Source of the DNA: Takakia lepidozioides
Lineage: Eukaryota > Plantae > Bryophyta
Reading direction: 5' to 3'
Assembly (NCBI GenBank): GCA_030704615.1
Contig: CM060733.1
Coordinates: 43,462,001 to 43,526,000, forward strand
Length of the DNA stretch: 64,000 nt
The position numbers and the translations under genes are program-made. Below the pieces are notes generated by a model, which was not told the DNA's origin, ran no database searches, and worked only from the letters and a program-made list of their open reading frames with translations. This document shows, piece after piece, positions 39,503 through 51,900 of this stretch (within the stretch, counting starts at the first letter, position 1; each line of letters opens with the position of its first letter).

Positions 39503-40218
39503 CACTGTTGGGCGATTATTTGGATTTTTTTGATATCAGGCGGCTACGGATGTTTCACTTTAACTTTGTATTCACATCCTCCGATTCCGGAATTTTGGAG
39601 CTTTCTCATTTTTTATATCCAGCCGGTTAACAATAAATATAAAATTTAAGCCTATGCGGTTATGGACAAATGGACTTTCTCTCTAGATGGCATCCGGCAG
39701 TTCATTATCCGGTTATCAAACAAGTCATGGTTTACTTTAATGATGTAAAATAAATCAAAAATTAAAATCTAATGAAAAATAATATTAATGAAAAATAATA
39801 AAGTTATTTGTATCAAAGAGTTCGAACCATAATCTGACCTAAATTATATCACACCTAAATTATATCACAGTTGAATATATTTGAGGTGTTCATCAATGTT
39901 ATTCAATCACGTTATTCAATGGCCACATCCTTTATGTAACCATATAACCTGTTAGTAACCTCTGGTTAAAGGACAGATGTAAAGGTTCATAACCTGCCTC
40001 TTGTGGGCCATTAGTTCCGGATCAAAACAAATATAAAAAAAAAAAAAAACCACGTGTTCTCAACCGGATCCAGTTATCCGAGCTACTCATATCCGGGGGT
40101 TCCTAACGGAGGTGGATTTTTTATTTTTTGACCTCCGGAAGATCCACATATATATATATATATCCGGGTTGGGATCCGTGGGGGGTTTGAGGCAGAATCA
40201 AATATCTGCCCAACACTT
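39503..40218. mobile_element. hAT-type non-autonomous element (716 bp)
   Basis: TIRs cactgttgggc / gcccaacactt. 8-bp TSD GTCCATAC at 39495-39502 and 40219-40226. Subterminal ccgg/aaccgg motifs. Confidence 0.8.
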
Positions 40219-40486
40219 GTCCATACCAATGTTGGCCGGGTATGGCATCTGGACATGCATATCTGGCGGTTTTTTGCACATATGCACAGCCGGAAAGTGT
40301 AGCCCTTGACTAACCAAAGGGAACCGGCAAAAGCCATTGAGCTTCCTAACCGGTTAGAGAACCGGCATCGTGATTGTAAGGAAGTTATATCCGGAGCATA
40401 GAACTTGAGCACAACGCTGAGCGTAGGAAAATGGAGGAGTGAGCACCAAAATACGGCAATAGGGTACCCAAGTATCCACGGAAATA

Positions 40487-40650
40487 TATATATATATATA
40501 TAGACGCCTCCCAAAGGGAGCGTAAATATTCACCACAAGGGCTACTGCCTCCAGCTGAAAGGTGGGCACCTTCATGACAGGCCAGACCGTGGTTTGAACT
40601 CACAACCACGTGGTATGTGCCCATTACCGCTGGGCTAGATGCTAGTTGTC
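40487..40650 (-). mobile_element. tRNA-derived SINE, copy 1
   Basis: Minus strand has A box TAGCCCAGCGG, B box GAGTTCAAACC and a (TA)n tail. 12-bp TSD tccacggaaata at 40475-40486 and 40651-40662. Confidence 0.85.
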
Positions 40651-41204
40651 TCCACGGAAATAGAATATGCGCGAATAGGGTTCCTACCAGCCCTACCTTT
40701 TTAGGAAAAACACCAAAAAGTGTTGGCCCACAATACCCTTATGCAAAAAACAGGGCCAAAAATAAAAAGCTTCAGCGAGAAATTGGAGGTTCCCTGGGCA
40801 GTTGGTGCCAAAAAGCACCATGACCCACCCTTTTCGCTTGGGAACTGGGGAGCATTGCGCCATAAACCAAGGGCTGGCGCCCCATCACACCAAGAATCAG
40901 CACGATTTCTCCACCATTTGCACAGTTCTACTATGTGGCGCTAGAGGGAAGTTTACATGTGTGAATATATATTTGTGTTGAGCAACAATGCCAATAGCCA
41001 TATTGCCATATTGCACAATATTTTGGGAAGACAATAGGAATAATGGAAGAATTTTATGGACGCGTGTGATCTGATGGTACTTTCGCAGGATTCCGGCAGC
41101 CTGGGCTCATCCGGCGGGGCCCCTGTCAAATCATCCCCACCCCCCCCCCCTCTTATCTCGTTTCACTATTAAATACTTAAGAATTCGAGAAGGTTGCAAG
41201 TTGT

Positions 41205-41280
41205 GGTGGATAGCGTGATGGTAAGGTAATAGCATTGCAGGCGGTGAGGTTCAAGATTCGATTCTTGATCGGAGGCTCTT
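41205..41280 (+). other. tRNA-like SINE head or pseudo-tRNA
   Basis: A-box-like TAGCGTGATGG and B-box-like GATTCGATTC. No clean cloverleaf. Confidence 0.4.
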
Positions 41281-41282
41281 GT

Positions 41283-41456
41283 AGTGTAACCCCGGTCGAT
41301 GTAACCCTCTGTAACTTACACCGAGTGGAGTTACACTCCATTCTGTGTAACCCCAAGTGGAGTTACACATCTCGTAGTGTAACCCAATGTAACCCCAAGT
41401 GGAGTTACACACCTCGTCGTGTAACCCAGTGTAACCCCGATCGGAGTTGACACTCT
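41283..41456. mobile_element. Small TIR element built from tgtaacc / ggagttacac repeats
   Basis: Ends agtgtaaccccggtcg / cgatcggagttgacact are inverted repeats. Internal direct and inverted tgtaac motifs. Confidence 0.5.
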
Positions 41457-41977
41457 TTTAGTTCCATGTCACTCTCAAGAGAGGGTGGGGAAATTTGACA
41501 TGGCGGAAACCTACGTACCATCCTATCAATGGTTGCACTATTATCTTCCAATATTTTGCATACTTTTGGTTTACACTAGACATAGGATGGGAGTTTAATG
41601 CGTCAGTGCGAGGCTTGCTGCCGGTACGATTCCCGGAGCTAACTGGAGGGCCCCATGGGCCCGCGGTCAAATCCCCCCCCCCCATTCCCTTGTGTATGCT
41701 TCACGTCCCTCCGAGGGTCCCACGCTCCATGTTACTAGCCCTTGCCATCTAAGTCCAAGTGCAATCCTCTCTGTATCCAAGTGCTCTCCTATGTCGAGGC
41801 CCACCTCTAGTGTTGCCTAGGGCCCATGTGTGAAGAATTGAAATCTAAGCCCAAGTGCAATAATCTATTCATGTATCCAAGTGCATCTCCCATATAGAGC
41901 CCAAGTGTCCAAGTGCAATCCCATATCTAATCATTTCTTTTTTTTCAGAGAGCCTATGACCAGATTTGAACCGGAGA

Positions 41978-42937
41978 CCTTTCCCTTGATATCTCTCCCA
42001 TCGAGGCTCCAACCATTGTCCCAGGAATGCCCACTTTGCCATTTTTACTATTTTTTATGAATTTCCAGCGACCAAAAGTACTTGGAATTCCATATCTCCC
42101 ACACCGCAGGTCCAAAAATCGTGAGACCAAGCCCGTGCACCCTTCCTCGTCGAGGGCTTTCCAACGGTACCAAGCACCGGCCATGGGGCCCCGCGGTTTG
42201 GGAGATCTCAACAACCTTTCCCTTGATATCTCTCCCGTCGAGGCTCCAACCATTGTCCCTCGATTGCCCACTTTGCCATTTTTGCTATTTTTTGTGAATT
42301 TCCAACATGCAAAAGTACTTGGAATTCCGTATCCCCCACACCGCATCCCCAAAAATCGTGAGACCAAGCCCGTGCACCCCTCCTCATCGAGGGCTTTCCA
42401 ACGGTACCAAGCACCGGCCATGGGGCCTCGCGGTTTGGGAGATCTCAACAACGCTACACCTTTCCCTTGATATCTCTCCCGTCGAGGCTCCAACCATTGT
42501 CCCTCGAATGCCCACTTTGCCATTTTTACTTTGTGAATTTCCAACATGCAAAAGTACTTGGAATTCCGTATCCCCCACACCGCATCCCCAAAAATCGTGA
42601 GACCAAGCCCGTGCACCCCTCCTCGTCGAGGGCTTTCCAACTGTACCAAGCACCGGCGCTGGGGCCCGCGGTATGGGAGATCTCAACAACGCTACACCTT
42701 TCCCTTGATATCTCTCCTGTCGAGGCTCCAACCATTGTCCCTGGAGTGCCCACTTTGCCATTTCTGCTATTTTTTGTGAATTTCCAACATGCAAAAGTAC
42801 TTGGAATTCCGTATCCCCCACACCGCATGTCCAAAAATCGTGAGACCAAGCCGGTGCACCCCTCCTCATCGAGGGCTTTCCAACGGCACCAAGCACCGAC
42901 GGGGCCCCGCGGTTTGGGAGATCTCAACGACGCTACA
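41978..42937. repeat. Tandem array of four ~240-bp units
   Basis: Units begin cctttcccttgatatctctc at 41978, 42215, 42459 and 42697. Partial copies near 43670-43830, 43960-44040, 45090-45280 and 45440-45540. Confidence 0.92.
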
Positions 42938-43159
42938 AACAAAACAAAACAAAACAAGCCTAAAACGACGATTGGCTCTCTTGCTTTGGCAAAACATAAG
43001 AAGAAGGTGAGAGAGGGGCATGACTCAGCACAACACACCAATCGGTGCCTTGACACGATGTAAGGTCCTCTGACCACATTTTCTCCATTGACTTCAACAT
43101 GATGCAAAGTCTCTCTCTACAAGAGAGCCAACAAACAAACTGGCTTCCTTCATATATTG

Positions 43160-43945
43160 ACTAGGGTAGCCTGTGCCGTTGGCCCAAGTTTCCACTGTCA
43201 TCTAAGTCCAAGTGCAATCCCCTATGTATCTAGAAACCCTCATGTTTGGGAGATCTAGGCCTAGGGTAGCCTACGCCACTGGCCCATGTGTGAAGAATTG
43301 AAATCTTTCTTATGTATCCAAGTGGGTCTCCTATATCGAGGCCCTCTAGTGTAGCCTGTGTCATTGGCCCATGTGTGAAAAATTGAAATCTAAGCCCAAG
43401 TGCAATTTCTTATGTATCCAAGTGGATCTCCTATGTCGAGGCCCAAATGCAACCTCTAGGGTAGCATGTGTCGTTGGCCTAAGTGTCCAGTATCATCAAG
43501 TCCCAGTGCAATCCCTATGTATCCAAATATGTCTCCTATGTCGAGGCCCGTGTGTGAAGAATTGAAATCTAAGCTAAGTGCAATCTCCTATGTATCCAAG
43601 TTCTTCTCCCATGTAGAGGCCCAAGTGCAATCTCCAGTGTCCAATGTCATCTAAGTCCAAGTGCAATCCCAAAGCCCACTTTGCTATTTTTGCAATCTCT
43701 CTTGTGGAGGCTTCATATATTGATATATCCACTTTCCTATTTTTCATGAATTTTCAGTGATCAAAAGCACTTGAAATTCCAAAATCTGCCACATGATGAG
43801 CCAATCATAGCTCCAGGAAAAGCCCACTTTGCTATTTTTTTTTAATCCCCTATGTATCAAAGTGCATTTCCGATGTTGAGGCCCAAATGCAACCTCTAGG
43901 GTAGCTTTTGCCATTGGCCCAAGTGTCCAATGTCATCTAAGTAAG
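43160..43945. repeat. Complex short-unit repeat (aagtccaagtgcaatc / tatgtatccaag / gaggccc modules)
   Basis: The same modules occur at 41750-41930 and 45320-45435, interleaved with the 240-bp family. Confidence 0.75.
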
Positions 43946-44689
43946 TTTTTTTCCACAGAGCCTATGATCAGATTTGAACCGGAGACCTTTCCCTTGATAT
44001 CTCTCCCGTCGAAGCTCCTGCAACCATTGTCCCAGGAATGCCTGTCGAACGGTTTTTACTCACCCATCCCTTAGCTATCCGAGGTGGAAACTCCAAGATA
44101 GAAGAGTTGGAAATCTCTAAGCACTCAGCCCGCTCAGAACAATCAATCATGACCTACAACTAGTGTATCATGGGGGTGCTTCCTATTTGTATTCCTTCTC
44201 GCGTTCATGTTAGCAAGCTACCTTACTGTCTATGATTAAGTATCAGATTGCTTCTGCAATCTTCCATGTTCCATCTATCCAAGCATTCATTCCACAGCTT
44301 CACTCAGGTCTCTCTACACAGTGTGAATATGAAATATATATCAGATTAATGTCTATCAAGTATCAGGCCGAAACCATGGTGTCTCTAATTTGTTCTACAG
44401 TGCATCTCTACAGCTTGCATGAATCAAGCATCATCTCGTCGTATCTCCTCCTCTATATAATCTCCATCTCTGTGCTCCAAGATCGTGCTCTCTCTCTCAT
44501 CTCCTCCAGTGATGACCCAGAAGTGCTCCAAGAAGTTACCCTCTCCATGTTGCTCCTCTGCCTATTCTACTTGCAAGCTGTTCTAACCGCCTAACTAACT
44601 AATTGTCATCCAAGACAGAATGCACGCTCCCTGTGCAGATGTCGTTCCCACACAGTCATTCCCTGCCAATGATAACCGTTCCATGTGTA

Positions 44690-44957
44690 CGCTGTGACGG
44701 GCTGTACCAAGCTGTGTCGGGCTGTGCCCTGTGCCGAGCTGTGACTGGTTGTGTGAAACTGTGTCGGACTATGTCTGACTGTGGTAGGCTGTGATAGGCT
44801 GTGTAAGGCTGTGACTGACTGTGTCAGGCTATGTCAAGCTGTGTCAAACTGTGTCTAACTGTGTCAAACTGTGTCTAACTGTGTCAAACTGTGTCTAACT
44901 GTGTCTAACTGTGTCAGACTGTGTAAGGTTGTGACAAGTTGTGTCAGGCTGTGTCAG
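44690..44957. repeat. 10-bp minisatellite (ctgtgtcaaa / ctgtgtctaa variants)
   Basis: More than 20 degenerate 10-mers. Confidence 0.9.
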
Positions 44958-45899
44958 TATGCCTACCACCTACAGCATGTGTCACCCTAAGGCCTCTGTT
45001 GGTCTGAGTCTATCATCCGTAAGTCTGCGCAAAATTAAGGGTACCCCACATAACCCGTAAAACTGTCTCAGTCCCAAACAACCCTCTAACAATGCCCACT
45101 TTGCCATTTTTGCTATTTTTTGTGAATTTCCAGCGACAAAAAATACTTGGAATTCCACCCTCCCTCACCACTTGTCCAAAAATCATGAGACCAAGCCGGT
45201 GCACCCCTCCTCATCGAGGGCTTTCCCAAGCACCGGGGCTGGGCCTCGTGGTTTGGGAGATCTCAACGACGCTACAAACAAAACAAACAAAACAAAACAA
45301 AACAAACGTCTCGCGTCATGTATTGACTAGGGTAGCATGTGTTGTTGGCCCAAGTGTCTAGTGTCATCTAAGTCCAAGTGCAATCCCCTATGTATCAAAG
45401 TGCGTCTCCTATGTTGAGGCCCAAATGTAACCTCAACGTTTGTCCAAAAATCATGAGATCAAGCCGGTGCACCCCTCGTCATCGAGGGCTTTCCAACGGC
45501 ACCAAGCACCAGGGCTGGGCCCCGCGGTTTGGGAGATCGCTATAAACAAAACAAGCAAAACAAAACAAACGTCTCGCTTCATGTATTGATTTGAGAGATA
45601 TTATCGATTTTTATCAAGCCATTTTTAGGCTTTAAAAGTTAATTTTTTTCTATTTAGGCATAAGGTTATTTTTTAGACACAAAAAATAACTTTTTTTCCT
45701 ATTCTAGACATAGAAATAACTTTTTTTTACCTATTTTGGTCTTGTGCCTATTTGAGACAACCTCTTACAACATTATATAAGTTGGGGGTGAGCTCTGTGT
45801 ACCTCATTCCATCTCTCTCCCACGGATGAGCTTACTTGTTGAGTGAAACTAGCTGGGACTCTATAGAGATTGACTGCTATTCCGCATCTAAGGGTTCTT

Positions 45900-47620
45900 G
45901 AGGTTTGCTATCATCTATTGCATGCTTTAAACTCCTTCTCGAGTGGTGCGTGGTAGATGAGCATCGTTCTCTATTGTGTCTATTCTCTTACAAAAGAGAC
46001 ATTGTACTTCTTCTGTCATCTCAGTGAAATAGTTTCAATCAAAAGTATGACGTCTCCCGAAGGGAGCGTAACTTATGGTGTCACTTCACCACAAGGGCTA
46101 CTGCCTTCCAGCTAGGTGGACACCTTCATGACACACCAGACCGTGGTTTGAGCCCACAACCACATCCAACGTGGTATGTGCCCATTACCACTGGGCTACA
46201 TGCTGGTTGTCAATAGTTTCAATCACATATATTTGCCTCTTTGCATATCTATGCAATTGCATCAAGTAGAAGATCTCAACATCACTTCTTTTCTAGTTTT
46301 TTGTCTCTCAGGATCAACGCTATTAGTTTTTATTCCCAGGATCTAGATATCTACAAGTTTTTTCAAGGTGCCCATACCAGGCCCCGCTAAAAACGTTCTG
46401 GTTTGGGTTATGTTCTTATTGCACCCGGTGCATTCGCGGTCCGCATCCTGTTGCACTGCTACATTTGTCTCCATTCTTTTAAAGATCCTAAGCATTTTTA
46501 AGCAACAGCGTCTCTATTTTTTTGATCATGAAGCTTTTCATTCATCCGATGAGGCGACAAGCCGAAGACCGAGTACTTCATCTTGAAGATCGGAAGATAG
46601 AGACCATGGCGGTTCATTTTCAAGAAGAAGCACGGTTGTAGGCTTCACCGATTCAAGCAATTGTTCTATGTTCGTCTACGTGCTTGAGGCTCTCGCGAGT
46701 TTCTTCTTTCTTGGAGTATCTAAACCTTGATGACTTTGCACAACATGCTACACCGTTGACTTTTCAATCTACTCACAAGTTGACTGGCAAGTGGACCCCT
46801 CTGATTCTGAAGCTTGAACATTCACGTGTGTTTTATTCTAAACCTTAGGACGTGAATCCTAAACCCTAAATTTCATTACTGCTACATTTGTCTCCATTCT
46901 CTTAGTGAGCCTTAGGTTTGCTATCATCTATTGCATGCTTTAAACTCCTTCTCGAGTGTTGCGTGTTCGATGAGCATCTAAGTTGTTCTCTACTGTGTCT
47001 ATTCTCTTGCAAAAGAGATATGGTACTATTCTCCTGTCATTTCAGTAAAATAGTTTCAATCACATATATTTGTCTCTTTGCATATCTATGCAGTTGCATC
47101 AAGTAGAACATCTCAACATCACTTCTTTTCTAACTTTCTGTCTCTCAAGATCAACGCTATTAGTTTCGGTTCCCAAGATCTAGATATCTACAAGTTTTTT
47201 CAAGGTGCCTATACCCGGTCCCCCTAAAAACTTTTTGGTTTCGGATTGTGTTCTTATTGCACCCGGTGCATTCACGGTCCGCATCTTGTTGCACTGCTAC
47301 ATTTGTCTCCATTCTTTTAAAGTTCATTTTCAAGAAGAAGCACAGTTCTAGGCTTCACCGAGATCAAGCAATTGTTCTATGTTTGTCTGCATGTTTGAGG
47401 CTCTCGCGAGTTTCTTCTATCTTGGAGTATCTTAGCCCTGGAGTACCTGGAGTGTTGCATATTAGATGAGCATCTAAGTCATTCTCTCTTTTTGCCTATT
47501 TGCATATCTTTGCAGTTGTATCTAGAACATCTGAACATCACTTCTTTTCTAGCTTTCTGTCTCTCAGGATCAATGCTATTAATACTTATTCACATGATCT
47601 AGATATCTAGATATCTGTAG
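45900..47620. repeat. Local segmental repeats: 45900-46490 matches 46915-47320, with further partial copies to 47620
   Basis: Shared blocks such as aggtttgctatcatctattgcatgctttaaactcc and ttcttattgcacccggtgcattc. Confidence 0.8.
46042..46211 (-). mobile_element. tRNA-derived SINE, copy 2
   Basis: Homologous to 40487-40650. 14-bp TSD aatagtttcaatca at 46028-46041 and 46212-46225. The duplicated segment carries the empty site near 47049-47062. Confidence 0.9.
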
Positions 47621-47885
47621 CCTCTGGTATTGTCCACTCTGCTCCTCTTACGCTGGTAGAGTTCTGGCGCAACTATCTAAACGTTCTCTAATCTACAACA
47701 TTCTCCCCCACATCCAACAGCCACGTGGGGCCAAAGCCAAAGCCACGTGGGGTGCAACTTTGGTTAGTCCATTTTATACTTAGCCAAAGTTGGACTTAGT
47801 CAAATTTGGAGACCAAGTGTGAGCCACTTACCTCCGGCTTCAAAAGTTTCAGACAACCTTGCAGATGTCAACTCCCTTTTAGTCG

Positions 47886-48790
47886 ATTTTTATTTTTTAT
47901 TTTTTAAAAGGAAACCGGGAGCGACAGCCCACACTTCAGGCCCTTGAGGAGGGGGAAAAATTCATTTTTCATGCGGCTGGGATACATATATCCCCCTTTT
48001 CCTGGACCATCCTCTAATGGATAGGCCCCGCAAACTTGAGAGGCATTATTCCTATATACTTACTTTATCCCAAAACTTGCATGTGAGGAAACAGAAATCC
48101 CAACCCTTTGCGCAACAATTGAGCATCGCACCACAACTTGCTTCGATGACTGTGCCCTCACAGCCAAAGGAGGAGTAAGGATATCTTCCTCATTCACAAT
48201 TTTATTGATATTAAATTCAACCAACATGAAGGACCAAAAGGTTCGGTTTTGAGATGTTGGACGGTTACTGGAAGCAAAAGAAAAAGACCTCACTTTTCTT
48301 GAAGGGGATTTCAGGAGAGTTTTTTTGGCTTGTTTGAGATTGGCAGCTCAGGTAGTTGCTGAGAACACTGGGAGTCACACCAGCGATAGAGACCTGCGTA
48401 GGTGGACCGACACTGGCAGTATCGCTTATTGTGAGGGAGTCAAGCAGCATCACTCAATAACAACATACCCAAATACCCTTACAATCACAATATGAAACTT
48501 TCAAGCAGCCACCATGGGATTGGATCTTGGTGGGTCAAGGATAGCTTTTGACAATATTCATGCAAGTTCGTCAAGGGCTCCATCCAAAGCCACACCACAA
48601 GAAACAAACAAACATCTCCAAATTTAAGATGCTGAACAAACTCGTGCACAGGGCTGCCCCTCTAATCAAGCTCATCAAAATTCGTATTCACTTCCATCTT
48701 CAAGCTTTGGAGAAGATCCACCACCCAAACCCAGAATTAGGACAGCACTCTGATTTCCATCTACTGTCACCAAAGTCAGTCCAATATCAC
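47886..48790 (-). mobile_element. Degenerate LINE 3' fragment downstream of PPR copy 2
   Basis: T-rich tract at 47886-47905 (A-tail on minus strand). Patchy similarity to 15300-15410. Confidence 0.35.
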
Positions 48791-48990
48791 CCCTTCAGTC
48801 AAGTGCAATTATGGGCTGACTTCCCACCTATGCCGGGTAGACCCCACTATCATTTCCCGTGGATATGCCACAGGAAATGCACTCAACAGTACATCATGGT
48901 CAATGTTCTCAGGAAATGGTGGATGATCTGAGTAGCTACACACAGCACTGAATGAAGCAAGACACTCGCATCTTTCCAAGAAAACATCCT

Positions 48991-51900
48991 TCACCAGTAA
49001 TCCCCACAAGAACAAATCCCATCTTCAAAGTGGTGAAAGCGGTTAGCGTCCCGTACAACAATTGCTCGGCCAACAATCTTTGAGATGAATTTGGTGGAGG
49101 TGTGGCAGTCACCACACACTCGAAGATTCTTGATGAGACGGAGAGGTGTCCTGGGGTCGTGCTGATCAGCCCAAAACCAATGGCCAGCTTCTCACTGTGG
49201 TGGCAAAGAGAAAATTCCTTTTCCTCCTCCCCCACATCATGCAATACAAAGCGCGTGTCAGGCACATACCCCGCCTTCTTCATCTGCCCAGACAATCTTC
49301 TCAGCTCAGCATGGATTTCCTTAATTCTGGGATGCAACTTGTCAGCTACAACGAAGGTGTGCACCCTGTTGCCAACCTCAATGCAGCAGCGACCTGGCTC
49401 CTTTCTAACCCCTTTGACCTTCATCATTCTTCTCACCTTTGCAGTATCATCCCACCTGCCAGCTGCAGCATAGATGTTTGAGAGCAACACATAAGTCGCG
49501 GCATCCTGTTCGTCCCACATGAGGATAGATGTTGCTGCACGTTCAGCCATCTCCACATTGCCATGGATTCTGCAGGCACCAAGCAAGGCCTTCCACACCA
49601 CAGCATCTGGATTGATGGGCATTTTATTAATCAGGTCCACTGCCTCATCCAGTTGTCCCGCACGTCCAAGAAGGTCCACCATGCAGCCAAAGTGCTTTAC
49701 TGTCGGAGTGACACCATGATCTTGACTCAGGGAATCGAAGTAGCGTCTTCCTTCATTCAGTAGGCCAGCGTGGCTGCAGGCAGAGAGAACACATATAAAG
49801 GTGATACTGTCCGGCTTCAAGCCGTTCTTCTGCATTCCTTCAAATAGTTGCACGACCTCCCTATGACAACCATGCTGTGCATATCCTGCGATCATCGCGT
49901 TCCACGACACCGCATCTCGTTCAGCCATATTGTCAAACACTCCCTTTGCATCCTCAATGCTCCCACATTTGGCATACATGTCCACCAGGGCAGTGTTCAG
50001 GATCACATCTGGTACGATTCCAGCTCTGACGATGTCGCCATGCACCACTTTGCCCTTTTCTAGGGCTGCCAGGCTTGCACACGCACTGCAAACGCACACA
50101 AACGTGATGTGGTTGGGCTTCACCCTTTCCCCCATCATTTGCTCATACGTCTCCAAAGCCTCCATCCCGCGCCCCTGCTGTGCATACCCTGCGAGCATCG
50201 CGTTCCACGACACCACATCTCGTTCAGCCATATTGTCGAACACTCCCTGTGCATCCTCGATGCTCCCACATTTGGCATACATGTCCACCAGGCAGTGTTC
50301 AGGATCACATCTGGTACGATTCCAGCTCTGACGATGTCGCCATGCACCTCTTTGCCCTTTTCCAGGGCTGCCAGGCTTGCACACGCACTGCAAATGCACA
50401 CAAACGTGATGTGGTTGGGCTTCACCCCTTTCCCCATCATTTGCTCATACGTCTCCAAAGCCTCCATCCCGCGCCCCTGCTGTGCATACCCTGCGAGCAT
50501 CGTGTTCCACGACACCACATCTCGTTCAGCCATATTGTCGAACACTCCCTTTGCGTCCTCGATGCTCCTACATTTGGCATACATGTCCACCAAGGCAGTG
50601 CTCAGGATGACATCTGGTACGATTCCCGCTCTGACGATGTCGCCATGCACCTCTTTGCCCTTTTCCAGGGCTGCCAGGCTTGCACACGCACTGCAAATGC
50701 ACACAAACGTGATGTGGTCGGGCTTCACCCCTTCGCACATCATTTGCTCATACGTCTCCAAAGCCTCCATCCCGCGCCCCTGCTGTGCATATCCTGCGAG
50801 CATCGCGTTCCACGACACCATATTTCGTTCAGCCATATTGTCGAACACTCCCTTTGCATCCTCGATGCTCCCACATTTGGCATACATGTCCACCAGGGCA
50901 GTGTTCAGGATCACATCTGGTACGATTCCAGCTCTGACGATGCAGCCATGCACCTCTTTGCCCTTTTCCAGGGCTGCCAGGCTTGCACACGCATTGCAAA
51001 CGCACACAAACGTGATGTGGTTGGGCTTCACCCCTTCGCACATCATTTGCTCATACGTCTCCAAAGCCTCCATCCCACGCCCCTGCTGTGCATACCCTGC
51101 GATCATCGCGTTCCACGACACCACATTTCGTTCAGCCATATTGTCGAACACTCCCTTTGCATCCTCGATGCTCCCACATTTGGCATACATGTCCACCAGG
51201 GCAGTGTTCAGGATCACATCTGGTATGATTCCAGCTCTGACGATGTCGCCATGCACCTCTTTGCCCTTTTCCAGGGCTGCCAGGCTTGCACACGCACTGC
51301 AAATGCACACAAACGTGATGTGGTCGGGCTTGACCCCTTCCCCCATCATTTGCTCATACGTCTCCAAAGCCTCCATCCCGCGCCCCTGCTGTGCATACCC
51401 TGCAAGCATCGCGTTCCACGACACCACATCTCGTTCAGCCATATTGTCAAACGTTCCCTTTGCATCCTCGATGCTCCCACATTTGGCATACATGTCCACG
51501 AGGGTATTGTTCAGGATCACATCTGGTACAATTCCAGCTCTGATGATGTCGCCATGCACCCCTTTGCCCTTTTCCAGGGCTGCCAGGCTTGCACACGCAC
51601 TGCAAACGCACACAAACGTGATGTGGTTGGGCTTCACCCCTTCCGCCATCATTTGCTCATAGGTCTCCAAAGCATTCCTACCACACCCATGCTTGGTAAA
51701 TCCTGCCAACATTATATTCCACGTGATCAAAGATCGTTGAGGCATTCTGTTGAACACTTGGTGAGCATCCATGATGCTCCCGCACTTAACATACATGTTG
51801 ACAAGGGTGCTCAGGAGAAAAACATTTGGCGTGAATCCACTTTGGATAATGTGAGTGTGCACCTGCTTTCCAGCTTCCAGGCCTTTCACCTTGATGCACT

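Noticed and set aside
40227-40419. A fourth complete hAT element
   Set aside because: The ends resemble the family but no matching TSD was found.
41205-41280. Functional tRNA gene
   Set aside because: It has A/B-box-like motifs but no consistent acceptor or anticodon stems.
41954-43107. ORFs of 150-230 aa on both strands, and a possible CRISPR-like array
   Set aside because: They arise from the 240-bp tandem repeat. There are no unique spacers, no cas genes, and the context is eukaryotic.
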